Shown here piece by piece: positions 10,925-20,367 of a stretch of DNA of 64,000 nt (positions within the stretch are counted from its first letter, which is position 1; the number at the start of each line of letters is the position of its first letter). Source of the stretch: Pirellulales bacterium (GTDB taxonomy: Bacteria; Planctomycetota; Planctomycetia; Pirellulales; JADZDJ01); NCBI GenBank assembly GCA_963738835.1, contig CAVTYH010000009.1, forward strand, positions 77 through 64,076. Direction: 5' to 3'. The position numbers and the translations under genes are program-made. The notes under the pieces were generated by a model, which saw only the letters and a program-made list of their open reading frames with translations, had not been told where the DNA came from and searched no databases.

Positions 10925-11650
10925 TTGGAAGTTAGGCGAACGAGGTTTCTAGTGACACTGACGGAAGACCAACGCATTGGTCTCGACATCGCGCTGAACA
11001 AAGCGCAGCTACTTGGCTTTGAAGTTGATTCATCTCGAAGTATTGCCGCCGCTACCTTCAAAGTATTCACACTGCCGGAATACGGCCCAGTACCAGACGA
11101 TAGGCGGAAACAGCTGCTCTTCTATCCGGTAAGGCGCGTGGCCGCGCGTTATTTGCGACACTCTGCACTAGGTGCGCCTTGGGAAGTCCTGGGCTTTGGC
11201 ATCGATGAATTGCTCACAATCGTTCTCGGGCTCGATCACCCGTCGATTCACGGCTGGAGATTCTTCGACATCCACGAGACCTCGATACGGAATTCGGATC
11301 TCGGGCGCAGCCTGGATTGGGAGTCAGGCACCGACGGTAGGACGCACTCAATCACGCTATCACTGCTGGATCGCCATTGGACCTTGGAGTTGACAGTCTG
11401 GTTCGACTTTTTAGCCGTGAACTCGCCCACGGGGTTGCCGATCGATCTGGATTCGTTCATTGCCGGAGGAAAGCGCTGGTGGGACGGCCTTCACGGAGGG
11501 GATGAACGGACTCGCGGCTTCGGCTTGGTTCCAAGTTCCGCGCCAGGTTATGGCGATATGCCATGTCCAAGTTGCGGTACACTTATCACGATCGGCAGGC
11601 ACACGACCTTGGCACATTGTGCAGGCTGCGGGGCTGAGTTTAGACGTTAG
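10925..11650 (+). CDS. hypothetical protein with C-terminal zinc-ribbon (CPSCG...CAGCG)
   Basis: 241-aa ORF with an alternative GTG start at 10952. Lower GC than flanks. No recognised domain apart from the CxxC-x14-CxxC tail. Confidence 0.5.
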   Translation: MEVRRTRFLVTLTEDQRIGLDIALNKAQLLGFEVDSSRSIAAATFKVFTLPEYGPVPDDRRKQLLFYPVRRVAARYLRHSALGAPWEVLGFGIDELLTIVLGLDHPSIHGWRFFDIHETSIRNSDLGRSLDWESGTDGRTHSITLSLLDRHWTLELTVWFDFLAVNSPTGLPIDLDSFIAGGKRWWDGLHGGDERTRGFGLVPSSAPGYGDMPCPSCGTLITIGRHTTLAHCAGCGAEFRR

Positions 11651-11668
11651 CATTCACCCGCCGCAAAA

Positions 11669-12205
11669 ATGCGGCATAATTACGAGTTTGGCCAACTCGC
11701 AGGCATGAGCACTATTTCACATCGTCGTGGTTCAAAGTGGTGGCATACAGCCATTTTACTTCTGTTGTTCCCATTGCTTCTCGTCATTGTGCCATTGGCT
11801 ATCATATTTTTCATTTTCACAAGCATTTGCTTGCGAATTGTCATCTGGTCCTGTTGGTGCGTTCGTGGACGGGACATTTTATTTGTGTATTCGGATAGTC
11901 CGGTTTGGCATGACTATATCGAGCAGCACATTTTGCCACAGCTTGGCGAATGCGCTGTCATCCTCAATTGGTCGCAGCGCAAGCGTTGGCATTTCTCGCT
12001 GGCTCGGATGGCCTTTCACCATTTTGGCAGTTATCGCCAGTTTAATCCGCTCGGAGTCGTTTTTCGTCCGTTTGGGCGAACACATATTTTCCGGTTTTGG
12101 AAGCCATTTCGAGATTTCAAGCACGGTCATCCTGAAGCATTGCAGAAGATGCAGGCAGAGTTTTTTCAGTTGATTGGAGTTCACAGCCATTGGCCGTCGG
12201 CCTAA
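11669..12205 (+). CDS. hypothetical N-terminally membrane-anchored protein
   Basis: 178-aa ORF. TM segment WWHTAILLLLFPLLLVIVPLAIIFFIF is followed by a roughly 110-aa soluble domain. This is the most AT-rich coding stretch of the islet. Confidence 0.5.
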   Translation: MRHNYEFGQLAGMSTISHRRGSKWWHTAILLLLFPLLLVIVPLAIIFFIFTSICLRIVIWSCWCVRGRDILFVYSDSPVWHDYIEQHILPQLGECAVILNWSQRKRWHFSLARMAFHHFGSYRQFNPLGVVFRPFGRTHIFRFWKPFRDFKHGHPEALQKMQAEFFQLIGVHSHWPSA

Positions 12206-12390
12206 CCTCAATATGGCCTCGTCCTGTCAATAGCACGCAGGTTGAGCGGGATCGGGGCGGTGGGCAGCAGGTACAGGATGATGTCACGAAGTTATGCAGG
12301 GCTCTCTGGAACTTTCTTGCCAAGTCGGGCGTCCAAAATCCTTGATAGGGCGGCCGGATTTCTTTCGTCGAGTCTTTCCACGGGTGTACG

Positions 12391-12948
12391 ATGTCAACGG
12401 TCCAGAGATCGCTTGAGCAACTTACCATCCCCCTGCCCTGCACCGTCGATTGGAATTCGATGAGTGGCGACGAGCGGGTGCGGTTTTGTCGGCAGTGCCG
12501 GCAACGGGTTTATAACCTCTCGGAAATGACGCGTGCGGAGGCGGAAGCGGTTTTGCAGCCGTTATATAGCCCGACCGTGTCGCTCGGGAATCACGCTGCG
12601 GAACAGCACGTTTGTGTGCGGTTCTATCGCCGGCCCGATGGAACCGTTGTCACGCGCGATTGCTTCGCTCTGCGGCGGGCTTTGCGCAAGGGAGTGCGGG
12701 CGATGTTTGCCGCAACAGCAGGCGTGGTGCTCGTCTTGCTCGGCTGTTTGGGATTCGCGCCAAAAACGGATGGATCGGCAATCAGCGCCTGGACGAAACT
12801 TTGCGAGATGGAACCGTTGCGAATCCTCTTCGGCGGCCGGCGTTATCAAGTGATGGGCGCCGTTTGCTTGCCGATTCAGGGAAAGCCGGGACCGATGGGT
12901 AATGGAGCGCCGAGGCCGGAGTCGCCCACGGATGGAATCGGGGACTAG
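12391..12948 (+). CDS. hypothetical Cys-rich protein (CTVDW...RFCRQCRQRVYNLSEMTRAEAE N-terminal module plus one TM helix)
   Basis: 185-aa ORF. The N-terminal C-x14-CxxC module resembles a recurrent planctomycete family of unknown function. Confidence 0.55.
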   Translation: MSTVQRSLEQLTIPLPCTVDWNSMSGDERVRFCRQCRQRVYNLSEMTRAEAEAVLQPLYSPTVSLGNHAAEQHVCVRFYRRPDGTVVTRDCFALRRALRKGVRAMFAATAGVVLVLLGCLGFAPKTDGSAISAWTKLCEMEPLRILFGGRRYQVMGAVCLPIQGKPGPMGNGAPRPESPTDGIGD

Positions 12949-12966
12949 CGGAGATAGCCAGAGGCT

Positions 12967-13045
12967 AACGGCCTCCGGAGAATCAAAAGTAGATGTTGAA
13001 GGTACTGGTTGTTCTCCGGAGGGCGTTGCCGCACCGGCTGGCAAT
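12967..13045 (+). repeat. ~80-nt hairpin repeat, copy A
   Basis: aacggcctccggagaat...gttctccggaggg. The 11-bp arms cctccggagaa (12972-12982) and ttctccggagg (13012-13022) pair. A homologous copy lies at 14087-14168. Confidence 0.7.
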
Positions 13046-13209
13046 AGGCGCAACAGCTTGATGAAAGTCGCACTAGTTGCATTCTCGCGAGAGAAATCGT
13101 TCCCATATCTTGCGAGCGGCGGCTGAATCTTCTGCGCACCTGATGTTGCGGAACTTTTTCGGCAACTAGCGCGTTCAATGTGTTCTTCAGCGGCCCTTGC
13201 GGTGAATTT

Positions 13210-14007
13210 CTAATATCTCGCCACATCTTTTGACGTCGCGTCCGGCTTCAGCGTTTTCAAAAACTCTTCCGCCTTGGCCGTCATCATGCGCAGTTCGCTG
13301 GCGACGGCGATGAATTGCATGCCCTGAGCGGCACGCTTGAGCGCCGCTTCGGCGTTCATCACATGCATGCCGGTGGGCGTGCCGGTTTTTTTGCCGGCGG
13401 CGACGATGCGGTCGAGCAGGCCTTCGAATTCAGCGTCCGTGGTTTCGCTGCCATCGGCCGCTCGCATGTTGGCCCGTAGATCGACTGGGCCGACGAAAAT
13501 GGCATCGACGCCGGGCAGGCTGTAAATCGCCTCGGCATTGGCGACGCCGGTAGGGCTTTCTGTCTGCAGGACGACGAGAATTTCGTCGTTGGCCCGTTTG
13601 TAGTAATCGCCGGCAGTCGCATCGAAGTTCAGTCCGTGCAGGCCGCCGCCGAGACTGCGATTGCCGAACGGCGGATACTTGGTGGCCGCAATCACTGCCT
13701 TGGCTTGCTCCACCGTGTTGATCATCGGCGCGACAATGCCCCAGGCGCCGGCATCGAGCACCCGCTTGATCAAGTGATGATTTCCCTCCGGCACGCGCGC
13801 CAGTGGCACACAGCCGGCATCGGCAATCGCGCCGAAAATTGCTGCGGCAGTGGACCAATCGATCGGCTGGTGTTCCATATCCAACGTGAGCCAATCGAAG
13901 CCGAGCCTCGCCAGCACGCGGGCCGCATACAAATCGCCCAGTGACAGCCACGTGCCGAAAGATGGCTGGCCAGCGCGAAGTTTCTTCTTGACGGGATTGG
14001 TTTTCAT
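13210..14007 (-). CDS. HpcH/HpaI-family 2-keto-3-deoxy-acid aldolase
   Basis: 265 aa with [54 protein letters not shown] and VQTESPTGV motifs typical of the family. Confidence 0.85.
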   Translation of the reverse strand: MKTNPVKKKLRAGQPSFGTWLSLGDLYAARVLARLGFDWLTLDMEHQPIDWSTAAAIFGAIADAGCVPLARVPEGNHHLIKRVLDAGAWGIVAPMINTVEQAKAVIAATKYPPFGNRSLGGGLHGLNFDATAGDYYKRANDEILVVLQTESPTGVANAEAIYSLPGVDAIFVGPVDLRANMRAADGSETTDAEFEGLLDRIVAAGKKTGTPTGMHVMNAEAALKRAAQGMQFIAVASELRMMTAKAEEFLKTLKPDATSKDVARY

Positions 14008-14086
14008 TGAGAAGTGAGGGCAAAGAAAGATGAACGGGTGAAGGCGTTAACGGGTAATAATGAGAATCTATGATAGCCGGCGGTCA

Positions 14087-14168
14087 ACGGCCTCCAGAGA
14101 ATTGCCACTTAATGGTCAACTCGGGTGTTGTTCTCCGGAGGGGGCATTGCCCTCGGCTAATTGCCAAT
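14087..14168 (+). repeat. ~80-nt hairpin repeat, copy B
   Basis: aacggcctccagagaat...gttctccggaggg with arms 14092-14102 and 14132-14142 (one mismatch). It is in direct orientation relative to copy A. Confidence 0.7.
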
Positions 14169-14371
14169 CGCGAATCGCATTCCGCGTCCAGCAAACTACC
14201 GATTCTGCCCGAAATTCGCTAGCAGCGGTGCAAATTATTCCAATTCTGCCGATTACACCTCTGCACCACTCCGCCTGTTTTGCCGTAGAATAATTCAGCC
14301 GAGATGGTCTCGGCCACTGAACAGCACAGACCGAATCCAAATCGACCGACAGCAGACAAGGACGCATAATC

Positions 14372-15173
14372 ATGAAGCGATTTTTCATTCCCACGCTCAC
14401 CTGCCTCTTCATTGCCAGCCTGGCGCTGGCGCAGCAACCTAATCCTGCGGCCAGACCGGCTCCGGCACCCGGCGGCGCCCAGCCTGCGGCACCGGCGAAT
14501 CCCGACCTTGCCACGCCAAAGCAAAAGGCCAGCTATGGCATTGGCTTGTCGATCGGCGCCGACATGCCGCAACAGCCAACTGGGTGCCGATGATCTCGAT
14601 CTGCGAACGCTCTTACGGGGCATCAGCGATGGCATTTCCGACGCCAAGCCGGCGGTGAGCGAAGAGGAACTGCAGAACATTATGCAAGAGTTCCACAAAT
14701 CGATTGTCGCCCGCCAGCAAGACAAGGCCAAAGCCATCGGCGATAAGAACAAAAAGGAAGGCGATGCCTTCCTCGCGACCAATAAAGTCAAAGATGGTGT
14801 GAAGACCACAGCCAGTGGATTGCAATACAAAGTGATCAAATCGGGTCCGGCAGGCGGCGTCACACCCACGGCCCGAGATACGGTGACCGCCAATTACAAG
14901 GGCACGCTGCTCGATGGCACGGTGTTCGACAGCTCTTACGATCGCGGCAAGCCGGAAAAATTTGGCGTGAGCGATGTCATCAAAGGCTGGACCGAAGCGC
15001 TGCAACTCATGAAAGTCGGCGACAAGCTGCAATTGTTCATTCCTGCCAATTTGGCTTACGGCGAACACGGCACGCCCGACGGCACCATTCCGCCCAATGC
15101 CACGCTGGTGTTCGAAGTGGAATTGATGGACGTCGCCAAAGGCACCGACGCACCCAAGGGCTTCCAGCAGTAG
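14372..15173 (+). CDS. FKBP-type peptidyl-prolyl isomerase (Mip/FkpA-like, secreted), split by a 1-nt insertion at about 14567
   Basis: Signal peptide MKRFFIPTLTCLFIASLALA...KASYGIGLSIGADM, then in the next frame RNSQLGADDLDLRTLLRGISDG...GLQYKVIKSG...VIKGWTEALQLMKVGDKLQLFIPANLAYGE. An extra c follows ATG 14564-14566. Length is 3n+1. Confidence 0.85.
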
Positions 15174-15291
15174 CGCTCGTAGCAGCGGATTGCAGAGGTT
15201 GATTGTAAATCACAACTCAAGCCCAGGGGTTGCGGGCACCATCGCCGCGATGGTCGCTGGGCTGGCTTTCAATCCGTTTCGATTCACTGTG

Positions 15292-16536
15292 ATGTTCACA
15301 ACCATGTCGGCTCATCGCCTATCGCCTATCGCCTACCGCCTACTTTTTTCTGCCTTCTGCCTTCTGCCTTCTGCCATCTCCGCTCAGCCGCGGCCGTCGT
15401 TCGATGAAGCGCACCGGCGGATGGTTGAGGAAGAAATTGTCGGCGGCGGCGTCAAGAACGAGCGCGTCATTCAGGCCATGCGCGATACTCCGCGGCACGA
15501 GTTTGTCGCGCCGCAGTATCGGGCCAACGCCTATTTCGACATGTCGTTGCCCATCGGCGAGAAGCAAACCATCAGCGGCCCGTTCGTCGTGGCTTACATG
15601 ACCGAACAGCTCGACCCGCAGCCGACCGACACCGTTTTGGAAATCGGCACCGGCAGCGGCTACCAAGCGGCGGTGCTCAGCCCGTTGGTGAAGGATGTTT
15701 ACACCATCGAAATTGTCGAGCCGCTGGGTAAAAGCGCCGAGCGCACGCTGAAGCGGCTCAAGTACAACAACGTGCATGTGAAAATCGGCGATGGCTACCA
15801 AGGCTGGCCGGACCACGCGCCGTTCGACAAAATCATCGTCACTTGCTCGCCGGAAAAAGTGCCGCAGCCGCTCGTGGAGCAACTCAAAGAAGGCGGGCGG
15901 ATGATCATTCCTGTCGGCGAGCGCTTCGAGCAAATGCTGTATCGCTACACGAAAAAAGACGGCAAGCTCGTCGCCGAGCCGCTGCGTCCCACCCTGTTCG
16001 TGCCCATGACCGGCACGGCGGAAGCCGGTCGCGAAGTGCAGCCCGATCCTTTGCATCCGCACATGGTCGATGGCAGCTTTGAAGACGAAGCCGGCACAAC
16101 CGGCGAACCACGCGGCTGGTACTACTGCCGGCAGATGAAAATCGACGAAGCAGCCGATGCGCCCGACGGCAAACATTTTCTGACGTTCAGCAACGATGTG
16201 CCGGGCCGCATGAGCCGCGCTCTGCAAGGCTTTGCGCTGGACGGCAAAAAAATCGGCGAGATTGAAGCTAGCGCCATGATCCGCGGCCGCAACATTCAGT
16301 CGGGCCAGTCGGTCGAGCAATTGCCGCAAATCTCGCTCACGTTTTACGACGATAGCTGGACCATCATCGGCCGCGTTTTTAGCGGCCCGTATCGCGGCAC
16401 ATTCGCCTGGCACCCGGTCACCGACATCCTGCGCGTGCCGCCAAAAGCCACCAAGTGCATTATGCACATCGGCCTCTTGGGCGGCACCGGCGAGTTTTCG
16501 ATCGATAATGTTGCGATTCGACCCATTCCGCGGTAA
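15292..16536 (+). CDS. pcm: protein-L-isoaspartate O-methyltransferase with predicted signal peptide and an extra ~190-aa C-terminal beta-rich domain
   Basis: RVIQAMRDTPRHEFV, LEIGTGSGYQAAVLS and DKIIVTCSPEKVPQPLVEQLKEGGRMIIPVG are present. The start is uncertain (ATG 15292, ATG 15304, or internal) because the 5' end runs through heptamer repeats. Confidence 0.8.
   Translation: MFTTMSAHRLSPIAYRLLFSAFCLLPSAISAQPRPSFDEAHRRMVEEEIVGGGVKNERVIQAMRDTPRHEFVAPQYRANAYFDMSLPIGEKQTISGPFVVAYMTEQLDPQPTDTVLEIGTGSGYQAAVLSPLVKDVYTIEIVEPLGKSAERTLKRLKYNNVHVKIGDGYQGWPDHAPFDKIIVTCSPEKVPQPLVEQLKEGGRMIIPVGERFEQMLYRYTKKDGKLVAEPLRPTLFVPMTGTAEAGREVQPDPLHPHMVDGSFEDEAGTTGEPRGWYYCRQMKIDEAADAPDGKHFLTFSNDVPGRMSRALQGFALDGKKIGEIEASAMIRGRNIQSGQSVEQLPQISLTFYDDSWTIIGRVFSGPYRGTFAWHPVTDILRVPPKATKCIMHIGLLGGTGEFSIDNVAIRPIPR
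15314..15376 (+). repeat. two adjacent heptanucleotide tandem repeats: (ATCGCCT)x3 plus a variant copy, and (TCTGCCT)x3 plus a variant copy
   Basis: Seen directly: atcgcct at 15314, 15321, 15328, then accgcct at 15335. Also tctgcct at 15349, 15356, 15363, then tctgcca at 15370. Confidence 0.9.
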
Positions 16537-16721
16537 TTTCCGTGCAGCGGCGCGGCCTTGGCCCGCGCTGAAGCGCCGGGCCGAGCCCGGCCGCTACACG
16601 ACGCGCATATTTACGATGCCGATTATTGTGCCGGCGCTTTGATTTTCCGCCCCGTAGCGCAGATAAACAGTATGCTTTCGCTAACCGCGGTTCTTGCAGA
16701 ATTCAATTTTTGGAGTCCTCT

Positions 16722-17648
16722 ATGATTCGCGTCGCTCTCCTTTCAACGGTCTTCGTGCTCTGGTCGATCGTTGCCGCCTCGGCTGCCGATGTTAGCGGTA
16801 AGTGGAAGGGCAAAATCGAAATCAACGGTGAATCAGTCAACTTAACCTACGACCTGAAAGCCGACGGCGATAAACTCACCGGCACCGCCGAGGGACCCGC
16901 CGGTAAGTTGGAATTGGAGAACGGAAAAATCGACGGCGATAAGATCACGTTCCAAATCAGCTTCGGCGACAACCACATTCAGCACGAAGGCAAGCTCGCC
17001 GACGGCAAAATCAAAATCGTTACCCACATGCCCGGCGGCGATCACGAATACAGCATCGCCCGCGCGGTGGATCTCGGCGGCAAATGGAAAGGCGAGGCCG
17101 AATTTCCCGGCGGCCTAATAATGGAATTAATTTACGATCTGAAAGTCGACGGCGACAAACTCACCGGCAGCGTCGAAAGCCCGCGCGGCAAAATTGAAAT
17201 TGAAAATGGCAAACTCACCGACGATGGTTTTACATTCACCACGAATCGCGGCGGAACAAACGTCAAGCATGAAGCAAAACTGGACGATGGAAAAATTGCC
17301 ATCACGGTACACACCTCCAGCGGCGATCGCAAATACACGCTCTCACGGGTCATCAATTTCGTCGGCCCTTGGACGGCAACTTTCAAAGACGATACCGGCA
17401 ACGATTTGCCGCTGACTTTCGATTTGAAAATCGAGGGCGATAAACTCACCGGCACCGTCAAAAGCCCCCAGGGCGATGGCGAAATCACGGGGGGCAAAGT
17501 CAGCGGCGATGAAATCAGCTTCGACGTCGAGTTCAACGGCAATACGATTACCCACAAAGGCAAATTGGCTGGCGACGAAATCCAGCTCAAAGTCAATGGC
17601 TTCGGCACCGCGTGGGATCTGAAACTGAAACGTCCCGCCGCGAAGTGA
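16722..17648 (+). CDS. secreted protein made of three tandem ~95-aa modules
   Basis: GGAG-type RBS at 16712-16715 and signal peptide MIRVALLSTVFVLWSIVAASA. Three repeats follow the pattern GKWKG...YDLK.DGDKLTG....P.G...I..GK...D.I.F......H.GKL..G.I. Confidence 0.7.
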   Translation: MIRVALLSTVFVLWSIVAASAADVSGKWKGKIEINGESVNLTYDLKADGDKLTGTAEGPAGKLELENGKIDGDKITFQISFGDNHIQHEGKLADGKIKIVTHMPGGDHEYSIARAVDLGGKWKGEAEFPGGLIMELIYDLKVDGDKLTGSVESPRGKIEIENGKLTDDGFTFTTNRGGTNVKHEAKLDDGKIAITVHTSSGDRKYTLSRVINFVGPWTATFKDDTGNDLPLTFDLKIEGDKLTGTVKSPQGDGEITGGKVSGDEISFDVEFNGNTITHKGKLAGDEIQLKVNGFGTAWDLKLKRPAAK

Positions 17649-17680
17649 GATCGCCACGACGCCGTCGCGCCCCTACATAG

Positions 17681-17701
17681 TCCGACCGTATTCGGTCGGG
17701 A
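17681..17701. repeat. REP-like hairpin (tccgaccg-tatt-cggtcggga)
   Basis: Its context tacatagtccgaccgtattcggtcgggat is nearly identical to 28517-28546. Confidence 0.7.
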
Positions 17702-17786
17702 TGCTGCCTCGCGGAACAAGAATTGCGATACTTCTCGGCGATCGTCGACGATCCCACGGCTTGCCATTTTCCACTGCCATTCAACT

Positions 17787-17806
17787 CCCGACCGAACACG
17801 GTCGGG
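17787..17806. repeat. REP-like hairpin (cccgaccg-aaca-cggtcggg)
   Basis: Perfect 8-bp stem. Same family as 17681 and 28524. Confidence 0.7.
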
Positions 17807-17815
17807 CTCTATTAA

Positions 17816-20262
17816 ATGCCCAGCGTATCCCGTTCTCAATGGCTCACAATCAATTACGCGGTCACCATTTTCATCAGCGCTTTTCTGCTGTTTCAGGTCC
17901 AGCCGATTGTCAGCAAGTACATTTTGCCGTGGTTCGGCGGCAGCCCGGCGGTTTGGACTACGTGCATGCTGTTTTTTCAAACGCTGCTGTTTGCCGGCTA
18001 TGCCTATGCCCATTTCAGCTCGCAGCGGCTCAGCCCCAAACAGCAGGCCCTGCTACACCTTGCAATCATTTTGACGGCGCTGGTCATGTTGCGCGTGGTG
18101 CCGGGCGAGAGCTGGAAGCCGACCGATAGCACCGACCCGGTGGGCCGAATTCTGCTGCTGCTGGCGGCCAGCGTGGGGCTGCCGTACTTCGTGCTGTCCA
18201 CGACTGGCCCGCTTGTACAATCGTGGTTCGCTCGTTCGTTCCCCGGCCGCACGCCGTATCGGTTGTATGCGCTGTCGAATCTTGGCTCGCTGCTGGCACT
18301 GCTGAGCTATCCGGTGTTTTTCGAGCGGATTTTTGATGTACCCCATCAGGCCGCGTTTTGGTCGTGGGGATTTTGGATTTTTGCGCTGCTCTGCGCCGTC
18401 GCCGCCGCAAGTTTGTGGCGAAAGGTTCCGAGTTCAGACGTCAGCGACCCGAGCCGCGACCCTCAGGAAGCGGAAGTCGGCGGCGTGCTTGTTCCGTCGT
18501 TCCCTGACGGTCACCACTCGGTAGAGCCGCCACACTGGTGGCAATACGCCCTCTGGCTCATTCTTCCCGCGCTCGCCTCCGTCACACTGCTGGCCACAAC
18601 CAACCATGTTTGCACCGACGTGGCCGTCATGCCGTTCTTGTGGGTCATTCCATTGTCGTTGTACTTGCTCACGTTCATCATTGCGTTCGATCATCCGCGC
18701 TGGTATCGACCGAGTTGGATCGCGCTGGCCTCGCTCTTGGTCATCTATGGCACCGCTTTGGGAATTGGCTCGACCGACCTGTTCGATTGCGGAGTGGTTG
18801 GCCGCTGGTTGCACTCCGTCTGCGACTTGTGCGCAGGCGCCCCGGGACAAACCGAATCGCCGGCGATCGAGTCTCCCACCATCCACGTGGGCTTGGGTCT
18901 TTACCTGGCGCTGAATTTCGTGGCCATGTTTTGCATCTGCTTGCTGTATCACGGCGAATTGGTGCGATTGAAGCCGCATCCCAAATATTTGACCGCGTTT
19001 TATCTTTTGATCTCCGCCGGCGGCGCCATCGGCGGCATTGCCGTCACCTTGGTTGCCCCGCATGTGTTCCATACGTTTTACGAATGGGAACTGGCCACGT
19101 TCATTGGCTACTGGTTAGCGCTGGGCTTGTTGCTTCGCGGTCTGATTCAATTCGCCCTGCGCAGTTACCGCGAAAGATCGACCGGCCGAGTGGCATTGGC
19201 GGTTGTTGCCATTGTCGTGGTCTTGCTGGCCGATCGCATTGGCTGGCTCGATGTGACCGACTATTTGCAATATCCCACCGAGGGCGTGCTACTGCGCACG
19301 CGAAACTTTTTCGGCACGCTATTGGTTCGCGAGTACGACCCGGGAGACCCGGAGCATTGCATTATTCTGAAGCACGGCGCAACAACCCACGGACTGCAAT
19401 TTCTGGAGGGCGATCATCGCGGAGAGGCAACCACCTATTACACCGCGTTCGGCGGTGTAGGGCGCACCATCCGTTACCTGGAAGGCTTGCCGCAAGTGCC
19501 GGCGCTGGCGGACAACGAAACTCACGAACCCGAAAATCTGGAGGCCATCGCCGCCGTTCGTCAGGCGGAAGATGCCGCCTATGCTCAAGCGAGCAAACGG
19601 CCCGATGACTCCGCGGAAACAGATCACGCCAAAACCGCTGCAGCGCCACTTCGAATTGGCGCGGTCGGGTTGGGAGCCGGCACCCTGGCGGTCTACACCC
19701 GGCCCGGCGATTCGATTTCGTTCTACGAAATCAATCCGCAGGTCATCGATATCGCCGACAGCGGCAAATGGTTCACCTTTCTTCCCGATTGCCGCGCACG
19801 CGCGCCAAGTGCGACGTAAAACTTGGCGACGCCCGATTGACGCTGGAAAAAGAGCTTGCCGACGGAAAAAAATTCGATTTGCTGGTGCTCGATGCCTTCA
19901 GTGGCGATGCAATTCCTGCGCACTTGCTTACGGAAGAAGCGTTCCAAATTTATTTGCCGCAAATAGCTACCGCGACAGCCGACGGCCGCGATGGAGCCAT
20001 CGCCATCCACATCACCAACCATTATGTCGATTTGGAACCGGTGGTCCGCGGATTGGCGGGAAAATTCGGCCTGAAAACGGTCCACATTGAAAACCCGGTG
20101 ATCCCGGACCACGGCGTTTTCCACTCCGACTGGATCATTCTGACCCGCAACCAGTCGCTGTTAGACGCTCTGGCCCCGTTTGCCACTCTGACCAGTTCGC
20201 ACCCGAAGCCCGCTATTCTCTGGACCGACGGCTTCAGCAACTTGTTCGACGTGCTGAAGTAA
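17816..20262 (+). CDS. polytopic membrane protein fused to a spermidine-synthase-like (aminopropyltransferase-fold) domain, split by a frame break near 19797-19804
   Basis: N-terminus FISAFLLFQVQPIVSKYILPWFGGSPAVWTTCMLFFQ plus many TM helices. C-terminal IGAVGLGAGTLAVY...FYEINPQVIDIA, then in the next frame KCDVKLGDARLTLEKE...DLLVLDAFSGDAIPAHLLTEEAF. Length is 3n+2. Confidence 0.75.
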
Positions 20263-20367
20263 GGCGTGAGGAATAATCAGTCCCGTTCAGCCAAATCCAT
20301 CTCTTGACTCCTTGAAACCGACGGAGCCAAACTGTGGTTCGATGTTTTGATCGTAAGCCGCAGCAAA

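Noticed and set aside
9825-10952. 375-aa plus-strand ORF filling the gap after the SEDS gene.
   Set aside because: Its translation is a chain of known repeat-element read-throughs (LALWERAGVRG, FTAEDAESRRG, RFPLRTSASPAV). It has no domain-like segment and an odd composition. I treat it as noncoding.
11669-12205. Possible TIR-like or flavodoxin-like start (DILFVYSDSPVWHDYIEQHILPQLG) in the membrane-anchored orphan protein, which would have suggested a defence effector.
   Set aside because: The resemblance is limited to one beta-alpha unit. The domain is too short, and I cannot locate the catalytic Glu region by eye. It needs a profile search before any claim.
15340-16467. Long antisense ORFs opposite real genes, for example 15340..16467, 22242..23327, 6592..7593, 18538..19608 and 41386..42132.
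   Set aside because: This is typical high-GC shadow-ORF behaviour. They are Arg/Ala/Gly-rich, without motifs, and each is fully covered by a well-supported gene on the other strand.
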